A stretch of 64,000 nucleotides of DNA from Octopus bimaculoides (GCF_001194135.2 NC_068997.1:877171-941170); one strand, 5' to 3'. Numbered from the stretch's first letter, positions 1 to 58,366 are shown. Notes: generated from the sequence alone by a model not told the origin. Translations and numbers: made by a program.

Positions 1-1590
1 TCCGGTCCCTGTAAGCCTGGCGTGCCGTGAACGACGCGTTCAGCTTCCAGTAACCGGGACCTTGTCTATGTGTCTTATCTAAAGCAAGTGTACAAGTCAC
101 GAATTTGTGATCTGTGTAGCTGACTGTATGGAATTGTGGACAACCTACACTATCTTTATCCACTGTCCTACAGAATACTTCATCTAAATACGATCTGGAC
201 GACCCGATGTGGTTGTTCCATGTCCACATTCGCACATTCAGGTGGTCCAGTCAAAACCAGTGAGACAGTTGGAAACGTCTGAGCAGGTCTTTGAAGCATT
301 TACATCCCCTCCTATTACTATCTCTGCCCACGTGGTCTAGATGCGTGTCCAAGGTAGCTTTCCAATCCCCAACTAAAAGTAAAGGTCGAGACGTTCCCAG
401 GAAAAACCTCCAGACGTCTTTGGTTTTCTCATCTTCTTTTGGAGTTGTTGTTGTTGGTGGTGGTGATAGTGTTGTTTCTGTTCTTGGTGGCGCTGGTCGT
501 GGTGTTGTTTGGTTGGGCTGGCTTGATTGCTGATTTTCCTTCATTTGTTTGTAGAGCTGTCTAATTAGTTGTTCATATGGCGGTGTGGGTAACAGTGCTG
601 GTTTTTATCTCGGTTTTTGGTTTTTCTTGTGGTTGTTGTTGTTCGTGATCTTATTGTTGTCGTTGTTTTTTATGTTGTTTCTGTGCTAGTAGGCAACTGA
701 TTTTCAGGTGTGATTTGCTACCACAAACGTAGCAACGTGGCTTTCTGCCTTCGACGGCCACAGGCAAACTCGAATCGTCTGTCAGTTTGATTTGATGTGG
801 AATTTTTTCGAAATTGATCGGATCGATTCGAACAAGGATTTCAATTCCTTGACCAATCCAATTTTGCTGGTCCAGGACAGCGATTTCCAAGATATGGATT
901 TCGTCCTCAATGTCGCAACAATATCGTGGCAAATTTGTTTCCCCTCGTGATGTAGTCTTTAAAGGCCCATATGGGCCTTAAACATTTTTCTACTTTTTCT
1001 TGATTGGCCGTGTCGTATAGTTTTGTTTTTAGATTGAGTGTCTTGTAAATAATCGGGGTTTCTTCCCGATTTTTTCTGTGATGTTTTGTGGTGTCTGTAG
1101 TCGCATGGTGTGTGCGTCTTTTTTAAACATTGCCTTGCAGGCAGTCAGTTCTTCCCTGGAAAAGGACATGATTTTTTTTCTTCAGCTTTAAAGCTGCGGC
1201 AAAATCGTCTTGAGTGTTCGTGTTGGTTGTGTTGGTGATGGCGGTAGTGGTGGTGGCAGTGTTTATAGTAGTGCATGTATTTGCTGCTTTGTATCTTCTA
1301 GAGTCTGTGGGCGTTCAAGTGGAACGACTGGCTTCGGTAGAGGCGGGAAGTCAATGGCATGCTGGTTCGGTTTAGCCATTTTCGTTTAGAATATGGCAAG
1401 GAGACCGAAGAAAATTTTTTTAATTTTGGAAATTTATCCCAAGTGGGGTAATTTCTTATTACAAGATTTACTGGGGTTGATGGAGATGGTGTTAGAGATC
1501 TCTTTCACAAAATATATTCCACAAATAAACAGTTTTTCGACACAAAAAAGCCAACTTACTTGGAGCCAATTTTTCTACAGTCCATTCACG
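1..1590 (-). mobile_element. Degenerate L1/Tx1-clade LINE: 5' region, ORF1 with CCHC knuckle and AP-endonuclease part of ORF2 (runs off window)
   Basis: ORF1-like start MAKPNQHAIDFPPLP at 1379; knuckle CYVCGSKSHLKISC (693-734); endonuclease motifs LLLVGDW, WTW, SYLD, TDHKFV and GPGYWKLNAS; stops and frameshifts present. Confidence 0.85.
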
Positions 1591-1594
1591 TCAG

Positions 1595-1659
<65 letters not shown>

Positions 1660-1812
1660 CATTTCTTTTATTAGCCACACAGGGCTCAACGAAGATGGGA
1701 CAAATACAATGTAGAGCTTTTCTTTTTGGGAGGGGGAAAAAAGGGATCGTAGGAAAAAAGGGATCGTAGGAAGGAAAAGGGGGTGGATCGATCAAAAGGG
1801 ATCAAAAAAAAA

Positions 1813-1844
<32 letters not shown>

Positions 1845-1901
1845 GTAAGTAGGTTGGCAGACAGGCAGACAGACAGACAGATATCAATGTGAATTGAAGT
1901 T

Positions 1902-1956
<55 letters not shown>

Positions 1957-2390
1957 GACAGTTTGAGTTGCCTTTCTAGATTAAGGGCAATAGAAGAAAG
2001 AATTAAAAGAGAGACAGAGAAGGGTAGTAGAAAGAGGAGAAGATGAGAGAGAAGAAAGAGGGAAGGAAGAGACAGAAGGAAGAGGTTTGGAGAAATAAAT
2101 GAAATAAAAAAAAGAAGGAAATAAGAGAATAAAAAAGGAAGAGGACAGAAAATAAAGAAAAGAGGACAGAGAGAGAGAAAAATTTGAAGAGGAAGAGAAG
2201 GTAATATGAAGAGAAAAAGAGAAAAGGAAAATAGAGCTGAAGATAGGAAAGGAGCAGGGGAAGAGAATGAGCTTGAAAGAGAGAAGAGGGGGGAGATGAA
2301 GAGAGTGAGAGGAGGAGGAGGAGGAGAAGAAGAGAAAGAAAAAGATGATGGAGGACATTATGAGATATTTGAGTTGTAACAGTGAAAGGT
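1591..2390. repeat. Microsatellite/low-complexity block: (GATA)n, (GACA)n, (TAT)n, purine-rich tract
   Basis: Directly visible. Confidence 0.95.
1660..1800 (-). mobile_element. Retroelement 3' tail ending AATAAAGAAAT, followed by (CTAT)n
   Basis: About 50 bp shared with the SINE tail at 38545-38600; contains a 17-bp tandem duplication (aaaaaagggatcgtagg). Confidence 0.55.
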
Positions 2391-2569
2391 TTCTTACCTA
2401 ACTCCTTAATTTCCGAGGGGAAATTTCCAGGAAATAAAATGTGTTTTTGTGGGTTGGTGTGGCAGATGTTCCATTGGTGCTTGGGTACATCTAGTTACTG
2501 TTAGAATTTTAAGTACATCAGCAAATCCTTTTTCATTCTCGACTCCTCTGTCGTCATCACATTCACGCA

Positions 2570-2667
2570 CGCGCACGCACACACAGACACACACAGACAC
2601 ACACAAACACACGCACACACACACACGCACGCACACACGAACACACACACACACGCACACACACACG

Positions 2668-2699
<32 letters not shown>

Positions 2700-2700
2700 G
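2570..2700. repeat. (CA)n/(CACG)n microsatellite
   Basis: Directly visible. Confidence 0.95.
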
Positions 2701-3044
2701 TGTAATGACGACCATCATTTTATAATTCTGTCGCCAATTCTAACCATATCTTTACAACCCATTGCCTGCGCAGATGGAAAAACGATAAAAATTTCCAATA
2801 TTATTAAATATTGCGTAGTTTTCTTGACATTTTGCGATTTCACAGACTGGAAGGTTGTGTAGAAGAGGATGAAATTACAGCGGAAACCCACGGGTAATGG
2901 TGTTGGAGAGAGGTTTGCAATGGTTAGCAAATATATTTTACTTGAAGTATCATCCGACCAGCGATAGTAAAACCATAGAATTGTCGTTTAACAACACTGA
3001 ATGGCTTTGTTGACCTGCTCCGTCTTTATGTTCCTCCTGTCAAC

Positions 3045-3148
3045 GATGATGATGGTGGTGGTGGTGGTGGTCGAAGTAGTAGCAATAATTGTAGCTGAGT
3101 TTCGCGATTATTATCATCATCATCATCGATATCATCATCATCATCGAT

Positions 3149-3179
<31 letters not shown>

Positions 3180-3207
3180 CCATTATTATTATCATCATTA
3201 TTATTAT
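3045..3207. repeat. (GGT)n and (CAT)n/(TAT)n trinucleotide repeats
   Basis: Directly visible; source of the spurious poly-His ORF. Confidence 0.9.
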
Positions 3208-3792
3208 ACCCTGGTACAGTACCAGGCAGTGGCTTCCATGCCTTTTGATCTTAAATGTTTGGAAGTTTTATCATGTACGTTGTTTTGCCTTCGTGTAAAA
3301 GATGGACTACAGCAAATATTCTGCTCAATACCACAGATTTGCTTGTCAGTTGTTTGATCTTAACCAGTTGAGTATGTCCCTCGGTGGCTGATGATGATAT
3401 GTGCATCTCTGATCATGAGCAGAAGTAGTGGGGAAGCAACATAGCCATGTGTTGAGAGGAATTCTTTGGGGTTTAGATAATTCACCTCTGGAAACATGGG
3501 TGTTTCATTCATCATCCTTAAACAAACCTTATTCAGGGACCTTTTGAGCGGGATGTGCTACTCGACCTAAAAAAAATTCTAAATAGGCCTCACCTGCAAG
3601 GTCATGCGCTGTTTACCTTGATATGAGGTTACCATGTCGCGCACATATGGTGGTGATGCACGTACCTCATGTACCCTTATGAGGTGGATAATCATGATGG
3701 ATAGGGTTAGGGCTTCGTATATTAGTGCACCTTCATCATCATTCATCATTGTTGAGTGAAAGAATTGCTAAAAATATTATTAATATTTTGAG

Positions 3793-3922
3793 GGCGGGAG
3801 ATGGCAGAATCGTTAGCACGGCTGGCAAAATGCTTGGCGGTATTTCGTCCGTCTTCACATTCTGAGTTTAAATTCCGCTGAGGGCCACTTTGCTTCTCAT
3901 CCTTTCGGGGTCAATAAAATAA
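3793..3922 (+). mobile_element. tRNA-type SINE, family B (truncated)
   Basis: Head ggcgggagatggcagaatcgttagcac...ttctgagtttaaattcc; related copies at 11365-11575, 23513-23617, 31784-31960, 38545-38777 and 39290-39424. Confidence 0.75.
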
Positions 3923-4119
3923 GTTGTCGAGTATGAAATTTGTAGAAAAGAAAAAATGTTTGCCAATGTTTTATAAATACAAGGAAGAGTTTTATTCATC
4001 AAAGTATGCACCCACATTGTCAATACACTTTTGCCATTTCAGTGGTAGCTAGTCCAGCATGGAACGGTAGAAGCCTGGCAATCTAGAGTCAATAAAATCT
4101 TGGAAGTCCTGTTTTGGAC

Positions 4120-4505
4120 AGACTACTGTTTGTTTCAGATCTTGCAACTATTCAGCATCCTTCTTGTGCTGCTTGTCTTTGCTCCAGATGTCACTCTAAA
4201 CCTTTGACTTTCAATGCTATCTGGTATCAACTTTTCATCTGTACACTCTCCATTTATTTCTTTGTAGAATTTCTTCTGATCTACTCTGAATAACCTATTC
4301 TGCTGGTGACCTTTCATTCTTAGGTCGTGTCTTACCATCTTTGCTTTCTTTGCAACGAGGCGCTGTTTCAGTTCCTCCATTACCACTTTCAGGCCCTTTC
4401 TTTCAATATTATACTTCCTGTTCAGTGCCCTGTATTTTTGTTCGCTTTTAAGCTTCCCCTTCTATTTTCGGTCTAACACATAAATGTCCTTCGAGGGCAC
4501 ATCTA
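4120..4505 (-). mobile_element. Non-LTR retrotransposon fragment, R4/Dong-like pre-RT region
   Basis: RKYNIERKGLKVVMEELKQRLVAKKAK...QQNRLFRVDQKKFYKEING...IPDSIESQRF resembles the region upstream of RT in RLE-type LINEs (from recall). Confidence 0.55.
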
Positions 4506-5363
4506 NNNNNNNNNNNNNNNNNNNNNNNNNNNNNNNNNNNNNNNNNNNNNNNNNNNNNNNNNNNNNNNNNNNNNNNNNNNNNNNNNNNNNNNNNNNNNNN
4601 NNNNNNNNNNNNNNNNNNNNNNNNNNNNNNNNTATATATATATATATATATTTCTTTTTTTTTCTTCACATCAACACTCACATTTTCTGCTACAACAATA
4701 CTTGCTGCCTTGATCAAATTATTTGTTTCTGTGATTTTTTTGTTTTGATGTATTTCAGAATTTCATTCACACTTTTTGTTTCTTAGTTCAATTCCACCGG
4801 TCATCCTTTTTAAAGATGCAAATAATGTCGCTATCGTTCTACAAACGAACGAAGAGTATTCACGATTGAAGAAGCACAACATCTCTTCAAATTTGGAATT
4901 GAAACTCAAAACTGTAAAGATATAGTTTCATATTGCTTTCATCTCTATGTATGGATGGGCTAATGTGGGTTGTTGTTTAGTTGATATATTTTTGAAAATA
5001 TACGAATGTGTGACGTGTGCGTATGTGGGCGATTTAAACACACACACGCACACACACAAAATATGTGCGTGTGTGTATGCGTGTGCAAATGTAATCAGAA
5101 TATCTATATTATATACATCAAGTTTACATTCCCATTCACATGTCTATCTATTGTGTGTGTAGGGGGGGGGGGGTAAAAATACAGTTAGCAGGAGTCAAGT
5201 TTGAGGTAAAAGGGAAGAAACACAAAATATGCCATGCAAAGTCACACAGGCGAAAGCACGTGCCTGAAAAGTGTAGAAATATAAAGCGTAAAACAATAAA
5301 CAAAGAAATGTACAATGAAGCTTAATGCAGCAAAGGAAGAAAGAGGAGAGAATCTGACGGTTC

Positions 5364-5387
5364 GGGTTAGGGTTAGGGTTAGGGTTA
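5364..5387 (+). repeat. Interstitial telomeric repeat (GGGTTA)4
   Basis: Four perfect units preceded by a variant GGTTCG. Confidence 0.85.
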
Positions 5388-6769
5388 AAAAAAAAAGGAC
5401 AGAAACAGAACTGAGAAGCAAGGGAGAACACACAAAAAAGAAGTGTATTCACATGGCAGATGTTAGGTAGAATGAGAGGGAAAATGGAAACACAATCTGG
5501 GTCCCAATGAGATTAAATGGAGAAAGAGAGAGAAAATGTAAAAAGAGGGAAAGGGAAAGAGGAGAAAAGGCGAGGGAAAAAGACTGGGGTTGTGGAAAGC
5601 TCATAATACCGGTGTTTGTGTGTAGGATATTCTTGCTAAGAAGGGTGTCTATACGCAATGTATTTAAGTGATACGTTATGGTGTGGGATAGCAATTTAGA
5701 GGCATGCGATGAAGTGTACATCAGTGAGTCTGTGAGTACACACATGAAAAGGTTATCTACACCCGCATGCCAAAGTAGCCCGTGGTACGGTTACTCTGTA
5801 TGGATGTAGAGATGCATAAAAGGATGTATGTGGATCTGTGAAATGGGAATAAGGCTACAGTGGAATTTAAACACAGAATATAAAGAGTCATAAATAATGC
5901 AAGGCATGTCTGACATTCCCACCAGTCTACAGTCCTACACTGGCAATTTTATCAACCCCTGAAGAATGAGAGTTGACAACAGTGGTTTGAAAATAAAATA
6001 TATTCGCCAAGGCATTTTCATCCAACAGTAACGACTTAGTTACTTTATCTTACGAAAATGAATTCAACCACATTGAATGATTCTGAAACTAGCATCATGG
6101 ATTGACTGATTTCTATAACTGTCAACAATGGTTCTGTCCGTACTGGCTGACACGCCACCAGCATACTAGATAAACCGTTTTGCTATACGCAACACTGCCC
6201 ACTGTATCTACTTCTCCCTCTTTTGATTCTTCTTTCTTGCTCCCCCCGCCCCTACTGCACCTTCATTTTCCTCTCTCTCTCTCCCTCCTATCACTATACG
6301 TATCCACCCTCTTGATCTCCCCCACATATACTCCTTTAATTTTTTCTTTTTTATTTCCTCCCAATATTCTCTTAACAAGGTCTAAAAAACGCACAATGTA
6401 ATAGCACACCTTTGATGCAAGTCTGAGGAAGTGCCTCTCCAGTGTCTAAAACCGCAAACATTACGAGATTTGTCTTTTAGAATTTTCGCGTAAACTGGCG
6501 TTGCTAATGGAGATAGTACGGAAACATTTGTAACTTATAATTAAAGATGTCTTAAATAATTTTCTTGGTCTTCTTTCCATGAGATTATTTACTCTTCGCC
6601 AAACTATATGACAATATAATCATCGTGAAACTTGGATTTTCTACACCAGAAGTATCCCGACAATGGCTTGGATCCCGACAATGTTGATAGCCCGGTATTC
6701 GGGTTGAGTGCTTCTCTGGAAATACCCCAACTTCACACCCAAGCTGACCGTAGTCATTTGCTCTCTCTT

Positions 6770-6802
<33 letters not shown>

Positions 6803-7165
6803 GTAATTTTACTTGTTCAGTCATTTGACTGGGGCCATGCTGGGACACCGCCTTTAGTCGAAGAAATCGACCCCTGGACTTATTCTTTGTAAGCCGGGTA
6901 CTTATTCTATCGGTCTCTTCTACCGAGCAGCTAAGTTACGGGGACCACACCAAACCGGTTGCCAAGCGATGGGTGGGCAAACACAGACACAAATACATAT
7001 ATGTACAACGGGCTTCTTTCTGTTTCCGTCAACCATACCCACTTACAAGGCTTTGGTCAGCCCGAGGCTATAGTAGACGACACTTGCCCAACGTGCCACA
7101 CAATGGGACTGAACCCGGAACCATATGGTTGGGAAGTAAGCTTCTTAACACACACCCACGCCTAT
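6803..7165 (-). mobile_element. SINE family A (about 400 bp, tRNA-type head, internal microsatellite)
   Basis: Same consensus as 9089-9301, 19790-20190, 22473-22765, 24530-24775, 45095-45378, 48773-49068, 49935-50268, 63620-64000 (all minus) and 17077-17250, 34618-34770, 43716-44030, 46668-46802 (plus). Confidence 0.85.
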
Positions 7166-9088
7166 ATATATATATATATGTGACATTAATAAAAATCTGT
7201 AAATGTACAAACATCCAGATTTCTGAGTACCTTAATTTTTTTCTATATAATTTCTGTACATCACCTCCAAACCTTCATATATATATATATATATATACAC
7301 GTGTGTGTGTTTGTAATGACACAAACCTCAGTCAGAGAAATCAATAACTTGTACTTTCATGCAAAAACACTTTGTGGTATTTGTTCTGCCCTAGTTGCAT
7401 GCATACAACTTTTTTCAGTTCCAAAAAATCAGTGTTTCATTGAAAATCTGTAACCAAGGATGTTATTTTGACAAAGAATGGCATGAAGATAAAATGAAAC
7501 AAATTTTAAAAAATAGCCAAAGAGGAAAGTGAATCACAAAACCAGTTACTTTGCAACCACAGAGTATATTGATTTCATTTGATGAACCACAAGACTGAAT
7601 TTAGTAAGAAACAGCTATAATTGATGTTGTTATTTAGATTCTCATTATCATTTTCCATGTTGGCATGGGTTGAATGGAACTGATATGGTTGCTACAGTTG
7701 GAAGCCCTTCCGAACACCAACCACTCCACATAGTGTACTGGTTGCTTTTTATGCAACATTAGCACTGGTATCAATTCTGCTGGGACAGATGGGTCTTCTT
7801 GAGTACAGCAATGTACCAGACATCTCAGTCCTTAATCATCTCTTTTGTAAGGCTCAGTGTCTTCAGATCGGCCTTCATATCTTTATGGGTCTCCCTCTTC
7901 CACAAGTTCCATCCACTTTGTTACAAACAAAGATTTTACTATGTTTTACAGTGTGACGTCATTGAAATTATTTAAAACAAAAGAAAATCGTTGTTTGATA
8001 AACTATCATTTATTTCTGAGTAAAATATTTCCAATAAACTTATCAACTCTCACAAAACTTGAGAAATTATTGACAAAACTATTGAACTGTCAGCTAAAAT
8101 CACATCAACATACATTTCATTCAAATTTCTTACTCAGTTAAATTTTTTTATCATGAAAAAATACAAAAATATGTGTAAATTTTTTTTAATAGAAATATAA
8201 AAATAAAAAAAAAGAAAAATTTCAAAATATTTACATGTTCTAAAAATACACACTATCTCTCCTGGGTACTTTATAAACATTTGTTTTATTTTCTTTTAGC
8301 AAAAATAAGGTATTCCATTAAGTAAGTGGTTCACAAGCTAGCTTTACAGTCACTCCATCTTAAGCTTATTGGAATAACTTAAAGACAGAATGGGTTGATT
8401 GCAATCTCCTTTGAAATTCCAGGTTCCAGTTGGAATAAAACCAAGAATTACTGGAAAATAGTTTCCTAAGCAATCGATGAATCTTGTTTTCTCACNNNNN
8501 NNNNNNNNNNNNNNNNNNNNNNNNNNNNNNNNNNNNNNNNNNNNNNNNNNNNNNNNNNNNNNNNNNNNNNNNNNNNNNNNNNNNNNNNNNNNNNNNNNNN
8601 NNNNNNNNNNNNNNNNNNNNNNNNNNNNNNNNNNNNNNNNNNNNNNNNNNNNNNNNNNNNNNNNNNNNNNNNNNNNNNNNNNNNNNNNNNNNNNNNNNNN
8701 NNNNNNNNNNNNNNNNNNNNNNNNNNNNNNNNNNNNNNNNNNNNNNNNNNNNNNNNNNNNNNNNNNNNNNNNNNNNNNNNNNNNNNNNNNNNNNNNNNNN
8801 NNNNNNNNNNNNNNNNNNNNNNNNNNNNNNNNNNNNNNNNNNNNNNNNNNNNNNNNNNNNNNNNNNNNNNNNNNNNNNNNNNNNNNNNNNNNNNNNNNNN
8901 NNNNNNNNNNNNNNNNNNNNNNNNNNNNNNNNNNNNNNNNNNNNNNNNNNNNNNNNNNNNNNNNNNNNNNNNNNNNNNNNNNNNNNNNNNNNNNNNNNNN
9001 NNNNNNNNNNNNNNNNNNNNNNNNNNNNNNNNNNNNNNNNNNNNNNNNNNNNNNNNNNNNNNNNNNNNNNNNNNNNNNNNNNNNNNNC

Positions 9089-9301
9089 AAACACAGACAC
9101 ACAAACATATACACACACATACATATATACATATATACGATAGTCTTCTTTCAGTTTCCGTCTACCAAATCCACTCACAAGGCTTTGGTTGGCCCGAGGC
9201 TATAGTAGAAGACACTTGCCCAATGTGCCACGCAGTGGGACTGAACCCAGAACCATGTGGTTGGTAAGCAAGCTACTTACCACACAGCCACTCCTGCGCC
9301 T
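9089..9301 (-). mobile_element. SINE family A, head portion
   Basis: tttcagtttccgtctaccaaatccactcacaagg...accacacagccactcctgcgcc. Confidence 0.85.
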
Positions 9302-9336
9302 GAAAACTCTCTTTTAGTTACTTAATAAATATTATG

Positions 9337-9458
9337 TTAACCCTTTAGCATTTAAATCAGCTGTATCTGGCTCAAATATTTTATGTTAAAACTGGCTAGA
9401 TCCAGCCTCTCACACCTATCCTACATTTGACAGAATAATTTGAGTGCCCCAGGGTTAA
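9337..9458. mobile_element. TTAA-CCCTTTAGCATT piggyBac-type MITE fragment
   Basis: Starts ttaaccctttagcattt; relatives at 12561-12640, 26903-26970 and 46374-46660. Confidence 0.55.
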
Positions 9459-9699
9459 GGGTACATTACCTTGTATGCAACCCAAGCCTCAAACTATGAG
9501 AGACTCTCACATATTCTTACAAGATCTATGACTACACTGAATCGCTGTGAGGCCTGTGAGTCAGAATGGCTGTTCAAAGCTCATCTCCTTCACCATCCTC
9601 CAGGACAACCCTTTTTCCATTTTGTCTGCTGGGACCACAAAGTGGTTGGAATTTTAGGAAATTGACCACAACAGTTAAGAGGTAAACAGCTTCTAATTT

Positions 9700-11030
9700 A
9701 TAACAAGGAGAGAAAAAAAGCATGAAGTTATGATATTCATGCCTTTCCTGAATGATATTATGTGAGCGAATGAGATTTTGATTCAGTGAGCACAACAATG
9801 TTAACATCTGATGGACCAAAAAATATATTGAAGCATATAAAAAGCTCATCCATTCATGACATTAAACAAACAAACATTACATTAAATTGGTTCCCTTCAA
9901 CCATCATCATCATATTATTAATTTGACTTTTAATAAATGCATATTTTACTCTAGCACCATACTCATCATTAACATCGTCATTATCATAATGATTAATATT
10001 TGGGAAAATTCATTGTTGAAATTATTAATATGTAAAGAAACTTTAAATTCCAAAAGTTAAGTACTTCAGAGAGGTAAGATTTGATAAACAGAGTTGCTTT
10101 TTTTTTTACAACCTAATTTACAGGCAAATTTACTGGTCAAAATAATTAGTTTATTGATATCACTTAATCTAGCTTTTTATTTTATAAAATGTTCTGGCCT
10201 AAGACCTATTACAGTAACTCTTCAGTTTAAGACCAAGAATTTCAGGAACCTGCAGTATTCTGAAACATTTCATTTTATGTTTGTTAACAGAAATAGTGAA
10301 GCCTACAACTGTCTTTCAAAGGACAACGGTTGAAAATTCAAGTAAACTAGTTGAGATTCAAACAATATAAGCCTTTACACTTTCTCCTGTCAATCTAAAA
10401 ATAGGATCCAAATAAAAATTTAGAAAGCAGGAGATTTCAGATATGAAGAAATAAAGCTTATTGAGAGAAACTAAATGCATGACAGTACTTTATATTTCAC
10501 ACAGTTAACTTTCCATTTAAATCCACATATTTTAATCAGTTTGATCTCCAGTTATCGGGTGTTTTATTCCTAAATATAAATATAGCATTGGTAGATGGGA
10601 TTCAAAGAAAGAATATGCAAAAGAGATAATTACTGTAAGATTAGAGAAAAGGTTCCTAGTTTGTATCTATATTGAGAAATAAGAATTGAAGTAATAATGA
10701 TCAGAGATCTATGGCATTGAAACAATGTAGAAATAAAATTGTACATAGGCACTGTAAAAATGAAGTTAATAGTGCAAAAGAATATAATTTTAAGAAATCA
10801 AACTTGCAGATAACCCAAAGTACTCTTCCCAATGACTAACAGAAGAGAAACTGTTAATTGTTATCTTATTAAAAGAAAAAAAAAGTCCCAAATTTTGGAA
10901 AATAGAACAATCTCCCAACACTTCAATCCACAAATGGAAAAAGAATTATTACAAGTTGACTTTCCTACCATTCAACATTGAACTATTTTAAAAACAAGAA
11001 AAGTTCCTGATATTTTAAAGGACATAAAGC

Positions 11031-11071
<41 letters not shown>

Positions 11072-11148
11072 AAATAAATACACAAAAAAAAAAGAAATAA
11101 TTTGAAGAATGAAAATTCAACAAAAAATAATTCCTTCTGAAGTTCTTC
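9700..11148 (-). other. Putative CDK2 3' UTR
   Basis: AT-rich, transposon-free stretch after the stop, with a (CT)n tract and sense-strand AATAAA candidates (for example 10562-10567 and about 10150). The 3' end is not determinable. Confidence 0.4.
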
Positions 11149-56931
<45,783 letters not shown>

Positions 56932-57358
56932 CTTCTAAGATGGTTGTATAGATTAGAGTATTTAATCAAAGATATGTGTTTATAGATATATGTGTCTATC
57001 TGTGTGAATGTAGCTGTGTATGTGTGAGGGACTAAAATATGTAAAGTTATGCATATGTATATGTGTATTTATAAAGCATATATACATACACACACAAGTG
57101 TGTGTGTGTGTGTGTGCATATATAAAGCAGAAGGTTCTAAGTAAAAATATACTTTTGCCTGTCACATAAGCATGCTCATGAAAATGCATTGATTTTATAA
57201 ATGTAAAAGTTTATAAAATGCCATACATAGCTGTATATGTAGAAAAGACATGCATTTACAAGTAAATATACAAATACATATAACGCCAAGATAAAGAGAA
57301 CAGAAGCAATGTGTCTACCCTCGGGGTGGAGGTAGGGTGAGGCAAGCGGAGACGGGGA

Positions 57359-57371
57359 TTTCCCGCCAAAA
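57359..57371. promoter_or_regulatory. E2F site TTTCCCGCCAAAA
   Basis: Match to the E2F consensus TTTSSCGC with CAAA flank, in a CpG-containing patch about 430 bp upstream of the CDK2 ATG. Confidence 0.65.
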
Positions 57372-57617
57372 CATAACACCGTCCCAATATGCCAACTGTC
57401 AGCTTGGTCTAATTCTTCTCAGACGCCTCACTTGACCAGCACTTTTAAGCAGAGGGGTCAGCAAAGTGTAGCGAAAAGCTTTCAGGCCAGAGCTAACTGC
57501 AAGTTATCCCCACAGATATTTAGGTCACTAGAGGGTGGTAATACAGTAGAGATGAGGTGGGAACTCGAGGAAATGTTGACAATCTCCCACCACGCTTACA
57601 AATAGTCCTTTTGCTCT

Positions 57618-57632
57618 GTGATGTCACTTCCG
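57618..57632 (-). promoter_or_regulatory. ETS-CRE composite motif CGGAAGTGACATCAC
   Basis: 14/15 match to the overlapping ETS/CRE motif CGGAAGTGACGTCAC; lies 15 bp from an E2F site. Confidence 0.55.
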
Positions 57633-57646
57633 TACCCAAGCTGAAT

Positions 57647-57655
57647 CGCGGGAAA
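57647..57655. promoter_or_regulatory. E2F site (TTTCCCGCG on minus strand)
   Basis: CGCGGGAAA on the plus strand. Confidence 0.6.
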
Positions 57656-58341
57656 TCTGTACAGTATTTTTGTTTTATTGTTCGAATATTAGTGAGTTTA
57701 CAAAATGTCTGTTTCTATAAATATAGGGGGTGATATATTTGTAACACACTGTACCTTTGTTCATATTCATTCTCAGCAGCAGAGAATTTAAAGTATATAT
57801 ANNNNNNNNNNGTGTTTAGCTATAAATGTATGTATATATGTGTGATATATATATATATATATATAATAGTAATAATAGTATGTCTTACTATTTTACTTTT
57901 ACAATTTTTTATCAGACTCTTTTTTTAAATGCAGTCTTGCATGCTAATGATGAATATTGCATTCATTTATTTTTTCTAGCAAGTAAGAGTAAAACCAAGT
58001 GGTTGAAAAAAAATTATCAAGATCTCTCTCTCTCTCCCCCCCTTTCTCTCTCCCTCGTGCTCTCTCTAAACGTGTGGACTATATATATATATATATATAT
58101 ACACACTCAAATATACATACATTATACACATATATATATATATATACACACACACATGCCTATCTGTCTGTGTATATATATATATATATATATGGAAAAC
58201 TATAAAAAAAAATAAACTGGAAACGCGGAGTGGTTGTAATGGAGTATCGATGCACTTTTGAATTTGAATGAATAAACTTTCTTAAAATATTTGAACTGGT
58301 AACAAGTTTATATTTATCTAACTAAATATTAGGATATTTTT

Positions 58342-58366
58342 TTCTCGGCCTTATGGTCAAGATCAA
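58342..58366 (+). pseudogene. U2 snRNA 5' fragment
   Basis: ttctcggccttatggtcaagatcaa versus U2 TTCTCGGCCTTTTGGCTAAGATCAA (22/25); the rest of U2 is absent. Confidence 0.55.

Noticed and set aside
2846-2893. 48-bp plus-strand exon-like segment (LEGCVEEDEITAETH)
   Set aside because: Splice signals are plausible, but there are no partner exons or recognisable homology; too short to support.
3793-3870. tRNA gene calls at SINE heads
   Set aside because: A/B-box-like heads continue into SINE bodies and do not form complete cloverleaves.
7954-7961. Perfect CRE palindrome TGACGTCA
   Set aside because: An isolated 8-mer with no promoter context; expected by chance in 64 kb.
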